Of a DNA stretch of 64,000 bases, positions 42,563-56,131 are shown in pieces. Origin of the DNA: Balanoglossus misakiensis (taxonomy: Eukaryota; Animalia; Hemichordata); assembly GCA_040954595.2 (NCBI GenBank), contig CM082577.2, positions 5,196,301 through 5,260,300 on the forward strand, read 5' to 3'. A program made the position numbers and the translations under genes. The notes beneath the pieces were generated by a model that was not told the origin of the DNA, made no database searches, and saw nothing but the letters and a program-made list of their open reading frames with translations. Each line of letters opens with the position of its first letter. Position 1 is the first letter of the stretch.

Positions 42563-45500
42563 TTATTTCTTTGATGCACTGAGTGGGTCATCGAATATAC
42601 TGGGTGCATCGTCATCGAAGATCGACGACCCCGGTGTGCCTCCGCTTTTCTTCTCCGTCTTCTTCTTGGCTTTTGTCTTCTTGGGACTGCTCTTGGCACT
42701 GCCAAAAATATCTGCAGGGGAAAGAAGATCAAAACTTGAAACTCGTCATCTTATGTGCGAGGGTGTAAAAAATCTCATTTTGACGGGAAGCCATTCAAAG
42801 TATGGAAAAACAATACTATGACTTCAATCTGCGAACGATTGGAACAAACCATTACCTCCTTCAACTTCCTTGAACAAAGGATCCTTCTTCTTTTTCTTCT
42901 CTTTCGGTTTGCTTTGCGGCAAATCAGCAAATATGTCGGTGTTGTCCGCAAAGAGATCGCTCTCTTTCGTTTTGGACTTGGGCTTCTTGGTCTTCTTGGG
43001 CGAGGCGAACAGATCATCATCGTCATCAATATTCTGGGTATAACCAACACTCGTCAGAATGTTTAAAACATCAACAGCTCTATCTATCTATCTATCTATA
43101 TATCTATCTATCTATCTATCTGTGTGTGTGCGCGTGTGTGTGTCTGTCTGTCTGTCTGTCTGTCTGTCCATCTGCCTGCCCAACCGCCCATCCATCCATC
43201 CATTCATCTATCTACAAACATATATATAAATGAAATGTCTTACATCTGGGACTGGTTTCTTAGTTTCCTTCTTCTTGGGCACTGCACCACTTCCACTAAA
43301 TACATCCTCCTCTTTTTTCTCCTCTTTGCTTTTAGCCTCTGTTCAAGAATTTGCAGAATACAGAACAAGAGAATATCATTCGCAAAATGCAAACTTGGTA
43401 CAAACAGAACCAGGTGATACTTATTCGCGTGTGTCGCAGTTGGTGGCATTTCGTTTCTCACACTCCTGGCCGCTAGAAGTGTTGGATCAACAGTGTGTGA
43501 TAGATCGTTCCCACACTCACGCAGACTTTAAAAGCGTTATATGACACAAGCGCTGATTGGATGATAAACGTTCTCCATGAACGCGAGCAAAAATGTTCTC
43601 CAATGACGGTGTGTGTAATAAATGGACAGAAAAAAACGACGGCAAAAGTTGAGCAATCAATTATTCAACGTCGTGTGAGAATCTCACACACCAAGAGTAC
43701 CCGGGATCTGATTTCACACACTTGTCGGCAGAGATTTTGTATCACACTCGCTCGTGGCTCGTGTGAGACAAAATATCCCCAGCTCATGTCCCATGTCCCT
43801 TGGGGAGTGTGAGACCAATGTGTGGATTATCTTACCATCTACTGTCAAATAGCATTGATCACAAAATTAATATCAACCAGAAATCATGAAGCAATTCCGC
43901 AAAATGGGGTAAATTTGATTTTTAAAGGTCAGTTCCACGTGACCATTGTATAAATGATAGTGGCCAGTGCTGCCAGTTAAAGAATGATGTGAGCAAACAC
44001 TGACTGATATGTACGCATGCAATGACCCACACAGACACTCACCAAAAACAGCCAACACACACGGGACACTAAATTATCAACGTTTTTACCTGATTTTTTA
44101 CTTGGAGTACTGAAAATATCATCCACATCCTCATCTTCGTGCACTTTCCGTTGAGCTGTACTCGGAGCGAAGAGATCATCGTCATCCATGGCAGGTTTCG
44201 CTTTTCTCTCTTTTTTACTCTTTGAGCCAAACAAGCCATCATCAGCTGCAAGTTCGTCCTTCTCATCAGAAACACCAACCGACAAGAGGCCGTCCCCTTT
44301 GCCCGAGTGTTCACCCAACAAATCGTCATTACCGAATATGTCTGCAACTTTCGACTTGCTTGGCCTCGTGTCGTCAAAAATGTCACTTTTTGGTCTGGGC
44401 TGTTCATCGTCCGCAGTACTGTTTATTGTAAAGTCCATTGCGTCTCCGACATCGCTCTGCTCAATGGATGACTGATGTAATTTTCTTGTTGGTGGCCGTC
44501 TCTTGGCTTGCCCCTTCACTCTATCCTGTTGATTGGAAAGACAGCTAGAGTCAAACCTGCGTTGAGTGACCACCTTTATTAAGTGTTAACTTGTGTACAG
44601 TGGCTGGGTTGTTAAGTCCCTATGCAATTTACATATCGTACATTAAATGACCTGTCTATAAAGGCCACCTGTCTATACAGGACAGTTTAGGAAAGTCCCT
44701 GGGCTGCTATAGACAGGTTTGACTGAATGTTGCAAAACTCTGATCATAAACCATGCGATGAATCACCTTACCAGTTAACCAGTCTCTGTGGCTTGACAAC
44801 AACTGTTTTTAATGCAGCTTTTGATCACAAAAAGGAAGGTAAAAAGTCTTGCATTCAAAGAAATCATTACTTTCAACCTTAAAAGATCGTAAAGCCTTAA
44901 ATTACACACATAAAATTTTACAGTAGCTGTAAAACCTGGCTAGACATGCAACGGCAAGGGCAGACATGAATGCATCACACGCACCTTTTGCAATGTGTGT
45001 AAAGTCTTCGATTCTGCTGGTTCGTCAAAGGTGACAGGCGCTGGCTCAACCTCCCTTTTAGGGGGTGCTGCTCCGGGCAGTAATGCTGATGTGTTGATAT
45101 CAAGATTCACCTGGAAATAAAAGAATGCAATACACCTCCCGTGAATCTGGTGAACGGAAGCGAAAATGTCTCAAATTTAAATTCAAAATGGCGGCAAATG
45201 TCTATAAAAACACTCCCCACACGCTTTAGAACTGAAAGATTTGGAGGACTATCATTTTTCTGAAAGACAGTCTCCAGGGCGCATACTAACTTACTTGCAA
45301 TTTTCCAACGGTCGACTTTGATGGACTTGACGGTCCACTACTTGAAGGGGAAAGCGTCGGTGAATCCAGCGGGCTGGCAACTGGCTTAGCTGATTCAGAA
45401 GGACTTGATTTAGGCTTTTGCGACGTGATCGGTTTTGTTGCCGGCTTTGGGGAGCTGGTGGGACTTGCTGCTGAGGGCTGTGAAATGGTTGAGGAAACAA

Positions 45501-48500
45501 AATATGTGAAGAAAACCAAATATTCTATGGTTTGCAGAAGGAATTACAGGCTCATAACTGTGAACTTGTACGTGTGGGCCAGTTAAACCCATATACAGCT
45601 GAGAAGTATTAGGCTAAATGACAAAATTTGACTTGACATCCAGGAGTGTATTTGTGCATATGTATGTATACCTGCATGTGTACATTTACGTATGTACACA
45701 TGTATCCATTGAACACACTCTACATGTAGTTATGTAAGCACATTATGTGCATGTATGTCTGTTCAAAGAAGTAGAATCATTGCCAATACCTTATCTGCAA
45801 CACCAGGTTTTGATGTTGGCTTGGGGGCAGCACTTGATTTAGGGACTGGCCTTGGCACAGATCTGTACTGTGGTTTGGCTGTCGGCGATCTCGTACCTCC
45901 TGTTGGCAATGGTGGTGGTGCCTTGCCAAACAGATCACCATCATCATCCAAGAGTGGATCTGCAACAATGAGGAAAAGAATTCACAGAGAAAGTTGAGAT
46001 GGCCACTGTATTCAGTGACAAACAGACCTGGAACCGCTCAATTATTTATCCGACATACCATTGACGCAATCAAATTAAAATTTAACCAGGAAAAATTGCA
46101 TGAATAATCATATGAATCCAATTACAGTTATGTAGAAAGTGTTCTCAATAAGTGCACAGGTTTGCTGTCAACACCGCATGTTGACCAAAAATAAGTCTTT
46201 TTCAGAATTAAGCTATATTAATATGAAATTATGTCAATGGACTACACTCAAGGTTAATCCTAGAATTAATTACGAACACATCTTTTGGGACAAGAAGTAA
46301 TATCATTATTGTTGTGGTTATAGCTTTGTTTAAATTATTTTTCCTTTCAAAATAATAATAATTAAGAGTCTCTTGAGAGACATAATGTGCTAAACTACAC
46401 TACTAGTTAATTAGCTCTGAGACTGCCAATTTGAAGTAGATTTTAACAACAGGCATATAACCACAGTTACGCTCATTGCCCATCCTCCTTACCTTTCGCT
46501 GACGGGACCTCTGCCTTCTCAGATTCGCCCTCTGCTTTTTCTTCTTGACTCGGTGTTCTCTTGATTTCAGCCAGTGGGTCAACGCCGCCAAATAATGCTA
46601 CTCCGCCCACTGGCTTTTTCTTCGATGGTGACTCCTGCTGCGGAAGAAAAAGGAAGCATCAGAATATGTCAGACTATAGATGACAAGTCATTGTCAATGA
46701 CATAGTCCCCGCTGGGCGGGAAGATATCACAGTGCACGGAAATCACTTCAGGCATGCCTGAAAAAGCCTCCTTGTGTGGAACAAGACTACAGTGATTGAT
46801 ATGGATGCTGTGAATTGCGCTGACATACACAGTACAGAGATGCAACAGACTTTACCTGTGGCTTTTTCTTGACAGAAAACATATCATCTTCATCACCATC
46901 ACCATCGCCAGGAACATCACTGGATGAATCCCCCGCTAAGATGTTGCTAATTTTCTCCGCCTTGCTGGTGTCGCCAAACAGATCATCGCCGTCATCACCA
47001 CCCAGCGGCTGTGTCTTTGCCGTCTCTCTCTTCACTTCTTTCCTCTTGGCCGGCGTTTTACTGGCAAACAAATCACCGTCCTCGCCACCCAGAGGTGGTT
47101 TGATTGCTGCTTCCCGCTTGACTTCTTTCCTCTTGCCTCCAGCTGTACCGGCGAAGAAGTCATCACCGTCATCGGCCAATAGGTCGGTGGACGTGGCCGT
47201 GGTCGTCGCCCCGGCAACCATCACTTTGCTGGGCGTGCCACTTTTAGAAGCGTCCTTTTTAATCTCCTTTCTCGGCTGGGCTTTCTTGGCGGCTCCGAAT
47301 AGGTCATCGTCGTCATCCGCAAATAGCGATCCTGATGGTGTCGCCTTGGCAACAGGTGCAGCCTTTGTTTCTTTCGGTTTCGCGCCCGTTTGTTTGATCT
47401 CTTTCCTGGGTTCAGCTTTCCTGGTCGAGCCGAATAAATCGTCATCATCATCACTATCACCAAACAATCCACTGCCTGATTTCTTCATCGCTGCTTTGGG
47501 CTTGGGTTTCTCAACGGCCTTTGATGGAGGCTTCTTGTCCTCTTTTTTCGGTTCACTCGGTGGAAACTGGGGCTGAAATATAAATGGGTGAACGAGTGTT
47601 GAAATTTCATGTCATTGTGAATACGCACGCACCAAGACATAACTACACAGGAAATGCATTTTTTGGATCTTTTGCATTTTACACAATTTGAACCCAAACC
47701 CAAACCTACTTTGTCTGGACTGACTGGACTCGTTGGACTGAACAAATCCACGTCGGGCGATTCCTCAGCTGCTCCACCGAATAACACATCTTCATCAGCG
47801 AACAGACTCTTGCTTTTACTTCGAGGCTTGCGTTGCTGCAATTAGATGGACGTAGAAAGATTTTGATACAACACACACGTTCAATTTCCAAGACTTTTCT
47901 ATACGTGGAATATTATGTCTTTCCAGAAATCGTAGGGGAGGGGGAATTTAGAGAATTTCTTCCCTTTACCTGCTTTGTTGGCTGTGGTTCTTTTTTGGTG
48001 GATCCAAACAAACCATCTTCGTCATCTTCAGCATTGTCAATTTCTCCACCGACATCGACATCATCGTCATCATCAAACAGACTCAGTGTGGTAGGCGGTT
48101 TTCGCTTCGGTTTGACTGCTTCAGGTTCTTTCTGCCGACAACAGCAATAGAGAAAACCAAAGTCAAATTTGTTTATTTTATAAACGACAAATAGTTGCAA
48201 TCTGTTCTTATACGACTAGTTAGGTCTTTGTATGAACAGCTATGGCCTAAATGGTTGGCAAGCTTTTTCATTGACATGTTTTACAAAATGTGAATAGTCA
48301 AACCTGTGTTAGTGGCCACCTCTATATAGTGGCCACTTTGGAACAGTCCTCATAAATTTACACTTGCATTAATTAGGTTGACTGTACTGCTTTATGTTTT
48401 ACCTTTTGAGACGACGTTTCAGCTGGTTTATCCTCGCTTTTAATCGGTTCCGCTGCGGCTGGCAACTTTGCGTCGCCAAAGAGATCTGCTCCACCAAATA

Positions 48501-51500
48501 TGGAAACTCCTCCAATGGGTTTCTTTTTCACACTGCAATGACAGAGATGAGTCATATTACAGTTGAAATTGGCTCAGCTTAAACTATACACAGGTTTTTG
48601 TTCAGCGACATTCAAGGATTTATGTGGGTGGTGGAAAATGCTCTTTTCTGATTTTTGCAATGTTGCCTGATCAGGCAACAGTTCCGGCAACTGTTACCTG
48701 GCAACTAACTAGGCATGTGTGCGCATGAAGAAACATATGAAACAAAGTTGTTTGTTTTTGTTGTTGATGCCGAAGCCAAGCATGTGTTTCACGGACCCTG
48801 TAGAATTTTTCAATGAACTCATCACTACACTTACCCATCTTTTGGTTTTGGAATACTGGTAGAAAACAAATCATCCTCATCATCTCCATCACCTCCCTCA
48901 TCATCATCACCGCCACCAAATAAATCACTGCTGGTGGCTTTCTTGGATGGTGTGACCTAAAACGACAGCAACATGAGGAACTTAGAGCCCATCTGTGAAA
49001 CAGCGCCCCCAGTGTCGAGAATGGTTGCAGGTATGAGGCTACCCCAGATCAATGCATGTATTTACGTTGATGACATCATGTTGTTGGTCACAAATGGCAA
49101 AACAGAAACCATTTTTACAGTCTTTTCTAAAATGTCTGTGTACTTTGTAGTTGTGCTCTGTTTATTTTCTTGTCCTCACATCATTTTCTTGGAACCCACC
49201 TTGGCTTCTGAAGTGTCCCTCTTTGGCGTCGACTTAGTTGATGATGAGGTACTGAAGAAATCGTCCTCATCATCGCCATCATCAAAGATGTCAGCAGCAG
49301 CAGTCTTCTTCTTTGTTTTAGGTTTACTACAAAGAGAACAATGCTTGACTTCAGATAGGGAAGGATTACTGTTTGAAGGTAACAACATTATAGCTCTTTA
49401 ATCTACTTCTGGCCTGGGTTAATGGTTTCCAATTCCCCGCAGGTGAACTAGATTATCAAATTTTCCTGGCATTACTACTGCACTCACTTTTAATCAGTTT
49501 CACCCCCTCTGACCATGCACAGATCCAAACAAGCTATTATAACCAATGGGACTAAACCAAATGCTGGTCTTGACAGGGAGGAGTATTATCCAAAACTAAG
49601 TAATAAACACTCTGATCATGAAATGACCATTTTATGAGACAATTTATATACGAGCCATCGGGGAAGACAAGACAAGATCAATTACTTCAAATTGACATTG
49701 GTGATAATACCTTTCTTTCTTGCTTTTCACTCCGAACATATCGTCTTCGTCATCTTCATCATCAGAACCGGCGAATAATCCACTCGCAGCGCCGAGTGCC
49801 GGTTTTGCCGGGCTTTCCGCGGCCTTCTTTTCCTTCTTGACTGCTTTAGCAGCAGCGGGTGTTGGGTCTTTCTTGTCTCCAGTCAGCGGATCAACATCCC
49901 CGAAGATCGGGACTGCACCAGCAGGCTGGTTAGACGTTAACGAGATGATTGGCGATTTGAAGCGACAGTACAGAAATACTGGTAGTTGAGGTGAGGTGGG
50001 CTGGTGTGTGTGTGCGAGGGTGGGGTGGGGGGGGGGGGAAGGGGTTCTACTTTGTATCCAGCCAATGGCAAAAAAAGTGACACCAACTAGACTACGCAGA
50101 ATTGAGGGAAAATTCTGATATTTTCTTTCTTTTTAACCCTCCACATGTACACATCTTAAAAGCTTTCAGTACATGCACTGCAGTTTTTTTATACTGGGTT
50201 TGACCTTCCACAACTTACCTTCTTCTTCTTCTTCTCTGCTTCTGGTTGCTTGGCAACAGGCTCATCATCAAGTTTAGGCGGTTTCCTGCTGAAGAAGTCG
50301 TCCTCGTCGTCATCTTCGTCGGCAAATAAATCAATTTCCTTCTTCTTCTGAGCTGGTTTGGATGATGCTGAATGACAAACACAAAAAATAATGCGAACAG
50401 ATATTACAAGACAGATTAAGATTTTGCTATTTTGGTAACATCAGTTTCAATTTTTTATCAGCAAAATCTGTTTGTTTTAGAACTGATATGAATGGTTCAC
50501 AATACTTTAATTTTACCTGTCTTTTTAGTTGTTTTAACTGATGCTCCGAACAAGTCATCCTCATCTTCATCATCAAACAGCCCACTACCACCACCACTGA
50601 TGCTGGCTGGTTTGGGTGTTGGTTTACTGTCAGCGACTGTGCTGGGTTCCTCATCTTCAGCCTGCCAATTCGTACATTCATGAAGTTGTCATTTCAGTAT
50701 CACACTGTTGTTAACAGGCAGGTTGACATTTGCTTGTCTGACAGTCAAGTTCATACAACGTGGACATTTACAGACAGAGTTATGGTGGCTGCCATATCTG
50801 AAGCAGGATGTGCTCAATCTTTTTTGACAACTACAAGAAAGCCATCGCAGTATTTTACATACCTCCTACCATGACAACATCGAACTTGCATTCAAATACA
50901 GATCTATATTTTGTGGGTGCTGTAAGTGGAGTAGGACTATCGACTCTTTCAGGTATACACGTATGAAGGAAACTTTTCTAGATAAGTGTACACTACAGTC
51001 CAGAACACACGCCTGTCCCATGGGTTAATCTTTAATGACAACAACAACAAATCTATCTCACCTCTTCCTCGTCATCTTCAGGTTCTTCATTTTTACCTCC
51101 AAACAAATCGTCGTCTCCCGGTCCAAATAAGGACACGGCTCCTGCTGGTAGCTTTTTCCCAGACTTGGTCAGTTTTGGTGTACTTTTCTCTGTATCAGAT
51201 AGAATACGGTGACTCGACAATGTCCCAATGACAACGATCAACATTACTTTGTATCATAAAAAGTGATCACCACAAGAACAATCCTAACATAAGAGGGGTC
51301 TCTGAAATCTTTCTACGTTAAAAATCTGACATACCAACTGGCTTTTCTTCTTTCTTTTCTTTTTCAACTTCCTTCTTCTTAACAGACTGATCATCGAACA
51401 GATTTTCCTGATAAACAACAGGGAAAAGTGATCAATTCAAGATATTTATTTATTTATTCATGAACAAAAGTGCATGTCACAGAACTGCTAATTATACTTT

Positions 51501-54500
51501 GCTTATTTTCAGTACAATAGGACTGCAAAAGATTTCAGTTCAGGCAGAATTCTCACCATTGATATAATTACTGAAGATTAACACAACACGGATTACTCTG
51601 ACATAAAGCAATTGTCAACCACCAAAATGTAATATCCTTTCACCAACCTCTTCATCGTCAAACAAACCGCCACCACCGCTGAAAAGACCAGACTTCTTAG
51701 TGAAGGGTGACTCGTCGTCTTCAAACAGGTCACTTTGAGGGGGTGGACCAAACAAGTCATCATTCTCTGTGAGAAAAAAAATAACAACAAAGTCAGATGC
51801 ATATGCACATGCAAATGACCACTACTATTTTCAGACCAAGTCAACTAACTGACCAAGCACACACCACACAATGAACAAAGCATATCAATGATGCAGACGA
51901 AGTAAAGATATGAATCAAAAATCTTTACTGAGAATACAACCACAGACTGAGACGAGCCTATTCATCATCATTAAGTACCTTCTTCCTGTATTTTCTCTTT
52001 TCCTTTCTTCTTTCCTTTCTTGTCTTCCTTCTTTTTCTTCTTCTTCTTCTCCGCTCTGTCCGAATCTCTACTGGATGCGGTTTCCGACCTCTGTTTCCGT
52101 GGTTTCTCCTCCGCCTCGTCCTCCCACTCCTCTTCGCTGTTGTCCATGGGTCCCGGGGCTCCGATCTTGGACGCCAACTCGGCGGCAAATGCTGGACCCT
52201 TGTGTTTCTGTCAAAACAAACATATCATATATGGAATCAGTCCCTGCAAACTCGAATCTTACTGAACCAAAATAAGCGCTGAGCAAGGGAGGGTAACAAT
52301 CACACTGTGGCGAACTCACTTTGGGTCTGTCTTCTTCTTCGTCTTCCTCCTCCTCTGACTCCAAATCTCCATCCACCTCCTCCGATTCATCACCAAACAA
52401 ATCTCCCGAATCATCAGAGTCATCCTGTCGAGAGACCAAAGTGTTCGTCAGACTGTGAATGAATTCGGCTTACACTGACATAATCGTGTATTTCGCAAAA
52501 ATTTATTGCTCGCGAAAATAAAGTGTTTTACAGTACCTTGGCTGATATTCTCTTTTTCCGTTTTGTTGGTCTGTCTTCGTCTGATTGGCTCTCATCTTCA
52601 CTCTCGCTCTCACTTTCTTCTTCAGACTGCAACACAACATCAACAAAATGAATGCCAGGTGTCATCTCTCACAGCTACAAATGTATGCCAATCAGACCAA
52701 TAGGAGCAATTTTATGGGTGGCAAAGAATATGACATCACAAGTACTATTGTATTTTCGCTTAATATCTACATACATGTATAATATGTACTAAACCTATGG
52801 AATAACACACCACCACTTCTGGCCAGTCCCCTACCTTAAATTCAGGATGCACCCATTATCTTTCCAGCCCTGATGATAAATTTCTTAGACTCACCTCTGA
52901 TTCTTCAGACTCCTCTGATCCACTCGCACTTTCATGTTCACTTTCTTCTCCTTCTTCCTCTTCATCTGTGACAACAAATCACATTATCGAGATTTAATAT
53001 CAAATGGGAAACAGTATACTCGACATATCATCTCCCAACAGGACAGTGCATGCTAGTCCCCACTAGTGGTCAAAACTTTGGACTCGTCTCCATGAGCAAC
53101 ATTATGTGAGAGTACAGTGACATTATGGATTGTAATCATCACTTTGCTCATGACCTGTGAAGAAGATAATGTCATGTCAACACAACACTTGTGTGTTCAT
53201 TGGCCCTCTGTGGCCAGCATGGGAGAACTGACCTTCACTGACAAGGTCACCAAGTCCGACATCTTCGTCTTGAAGGAAGTCTTGGCTACCGATGAGATGT
53301 GGCAGTGGTCTGTGAGCGTACAGGTCCTGCAAAGACAGACAAAGAAATGAGAGCATGTGTACAATACAATACAATACAACACAACACGGCATCAAAAACT
53401 AAGTGCAGTACAGTACAGTACAGTACAGTACAGTACAGCACAGTACAGTACAGTACAGTACAGTACAGTACAGTACAGTACAGTACAGTACAGTACAGTA
53501 CAGTACAGTACAGTACAGTACAGTACAGTACAGTACAGTACAGTACAGTACAGTACAGTACAGTATCAGTATCTCTTCCTGAAAATTATGAGCAAAATTT
53601 GTGGCCATTCTGAAATACCTTTGGTTCCAATATCGGATCGTTTCTATAAGCAATATTTTCCTCTTCATCTTCTGAGTCTGACATGGCATCTTTGATATCC
53701 AATTTATCAAACGCCTTGTCCAACACTGATAAGCCGAAACTCAGAGCGGTCGTCACTTTGGGAATCACTTCTGCTTCCTTCTGTTCTTTAGTCTTCTTCT
53801 GTAACCATGGAAACAATCTCATGAGGTAAAAGTACAACACAAAGAAATGCAACCAATGTACAGTGAAATTTGTCCAGACCAGATCCTTGATAAACTGGAT
53901 GGAATAATCTATACTGAATGGACCATTAGGCTGGTAATGAGATTAATCTGCAAGTTACAGTACCTCTTCTTTCTTGTCTGTTGCTTCCTCTTCCTTTTTA
54001 CTTTCTGATTCCTCTGCGTCATCATAGACTCTCTGTTGTCAATTGAGAATGAAAAGGAAAACCTTGTCAATTGTGAAAGTTTAATTTGACAACCATCCAT
54101 TGAAATGCAATTATTGATCTCTGGGTAAACTTTCATTTTTACATCATAATGATACACTACAATGGTACATGTACTTCCCACTCACATTTTCGATGAACTG
54201 CGTGTTTGACAGCATCAAGAAATCATTGAAGACATTGTGAAGCCTTGAGTCTGTGCTTTTCGTTTCGTGAACCAGCCCTTCAACTTGTTTCTCTATTTCA
54301 TGGGTTTGTGATATCATCTTCTGAGAGAATCCTTGTAAGTACAGCAACAACTGAAAGCAAATGTACAGATATGCTTTTCCTGTTAAAAGTCGTATCAGTT
54401 CTTCAAATAATTCACACTGCATTTCAGGACCATCAGATTATCATCAAAACCTACTACTAATTATAAGTGATTCCCTTCAAGTTCCTATCAGCCATTTCCA

Positions 54501-55823
54501 CGTCCATTTTGAGTTTAATATCTCTGTAAATCTTTTGGTGAGGTCAAAAGGAGTTATATATCAAATAGTTCAAAATTTTGAGTAGAAATGGTTGCAACAG
54601 AATCAGAGAAAAGACATGATAAAACCTACCCCCGAGTCTGACGCCAACGACCAATTTGTACTTCCTTGACGTATTTCACTCAGTGTCCATGCTTTACTTC
54701 CATCACTGCCGTGAGACACAGGTCCATTGGGCACTGGTGCACTGGCTCCACCAGCATCCATTGGCCCATTCATCTGTGGTAAACAAATAAGGCAAATAGT
54801 AATCAATTACACACTCATATTTACGCAAAGTGTACAGGAAGACAAGCAAAGCCACATTTATGTCATCAATGTTTCATCACTAGAAAAATGAAAATCTTTG
54901 GACAAGGCATGGTTTACAAGCTGTCTTCCTGCTATCATTTCAATGTGTACAGTTGCTTCGAACTTGACCTGAGATGACCTCTGGCTCATCAACATATTCC
55001 TGGTCTACTTCTCAAAACATATCTTATAACCAGCATATGTCTTCTGCACACATGTATTTTAATACTATTTACTATACATGTACATGTGAAATGTATTATT
55101 GTTGACAACAGAATTGTTGATACTTTTTGGTAGTTACTGCAATATCACAGTCACTGCTTAAAATGTGGACCACCTCCCCACTTCAGTTCAGGTCATACTA
55201 ATAGTGGGTGGATCCAGAATCTTTTTACTGTTGCCTGTTGAGTATTAATACCTGTCCAGTTCAGTTTGTGGGGGGGGGGATAATTTTTAAATAAATATAG
55301 AACAGTCTGGTTGGTATACTACTTTCGGGCAAAATGGAACATGCATAGTAATTCACTTAATTAATAAATGACGATTACACAAATTAATTTTCTCATTCAT
55401 CGAATATTGTGTCATAAATTAATGCATAGAAAATTCTACCTCACACTGGAATGATATTACGTTCATCACATCTAACATCGTTTTATTTTATTTTGTCGAC
55501 AATGAATATCGTAACATTTTACACCGTGAATGTTGACCTGGTGTGATTTTTTTTTTTTTTTTTTCGTTTTTCATTAGCAACCTCAATGACATTACACGTA
55601 CATACATTGACACAACGTAACGCGTAGCGTAGTAGATACTTCCGTAAATTCAATTGCTGTTTTTGTCGTTGGGAACCAGCGCACGCATTTGAAAATTTCT
55701 CAGCATACTCTGATAATGACTTCAGTTCTAATTACTTACTTCGGTGGAGCCGCCATGTATACTTTCCGAGCTATTCGTCAATGTTTCAGGGTCAGGTGGT
55801 GGAGGTGGTGCTGGAGGCGCCAT
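42563..55823 (-). CDS. WASHC2: WASH complex subunit 2 (FAM21), about 1641 aa, 30 exons
   Basis: Exons: 55740-55823, 54630-54773, 54186-54350, 53964-54032, 53619-53798, 53233-53326, 52895-52965, 52537-52626, 52320-52424, 51979-52207, 51648-51766, 51335-51407, 51062-51189, 50517-50661, 50219-50367, 49711-49925, 49200-49326, 48835-48956, 48403-48532, 47970-48131, 47710-47835, 46856-47572, 46493-46637, 45790-45959, 45295-45477, 44985-45110, 44090-44525, 43244-43338, 42856-43033, 42563-42711. Total 4926 nt, GT-AG, phases consistent. Contains the head domain WSLASDSG|LL...[20 protein letters not shown]|RVYDD, many LF-acidic-LF (LFa) repeats, the CPI motif LHTLQK|[13 protein letters not shown] and a C-terminal IFDDPL. 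Confidence 0.95.
43079..43215. repeat. Compound microsatellite (TCTA)n(TG)n(TCTG)n(CCAT)n in a WASHC2 intron
   Basis: Directly visible. Confidence 0.92.
44548..44725. mobile_element. Tc1/mariner-type MITE family 3 (AGTCAAACCTG...CAGGTTTGACT ends)
   Basis: Inverted ends agtcaaacctg / caggtttgact with internal ggccacctgtctata repeats. A shorter relative lies at 48295-48386. Confidence 0.7.
48295..48386. mobile_element. Tc1/mariner-type MITE family 3, short copy
   Basis: tagtcaaacctgtg...gtggccacctctatatagtggccac...aggttgactgta. Confidence 0.6.
53406..53565. repeat. (CAGTA)32 pentanucleotide microsatellite in WASHC2 intron 5
   Basis: 160 bp with one variant unit (CAGCA), preceded by a short (ACAAT)n. 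It is the source of the STVQY/YCTVL ORFs. Confidence 0.97.
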
Positions 55824-56131
55824 CTTGAAATGAAATCTCGGAAGTCACGAGATACCCTCCCACTACCCATAGTTCACTAGTATAAAATAAGATGGCTGCG
55901 CCCATAGTTGTAAACATGCCCGAGAAAAAATCTTTGAAATGAATCGTTTCGGGTCTTTAAATGCTCCACAGGTTATTTTTGCTACATTCGTCTTGCAGTA
56001 GTGTAAGATAAATCACACTGCAATTGTTGCGAGTCAGCTCAACCATTTGCTAAGTGGCCCCAGGACTTTGTATTTGCTGTCGACTCGTATTGTCACGTTG
56101 GTGCATTACTGTACAGTTAGAATATTGGAAT
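55824..56131. promoter_or_regulatory. Bidirectional promoter WASHC2/TSR3
   Basis: The divergent ATGs are 308 bp apart. Motifs: ETS-type CGGAAGT at 55839-55845, Staf/ZNF143-like TACCCATAGTTCA at 55864-55876, and YY1-type AAGATGGC on both strands (at the WASHC2 ATG and at 55889-55896). Confidence 0.7.

Noticed and set aside
43380-43790. Possible Crypton-like non-autonomous repeat with tcacac motifs and a cactcgctcgtggctcgtg hairpin
   Set aside because: Probably a repeat, but it is a single copy here and the boundaries and family cannot be supported without a search.
46869-47576. 235-aa plus-strand ORF and other Ser/Phe-rich plus-strand ORFs across 42-52 kb
   Set aside because: They are antisense shadows of Asp/Glu/Lys-rich WASHC2 exons.
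53299-53710. ORFs with STVQY/YCTVL repeats; superficially array-like
   Set aside because: This is a (CAGTA)n microsatellite in an intron, with no spacers, so it is neither CRISPR nor coding.
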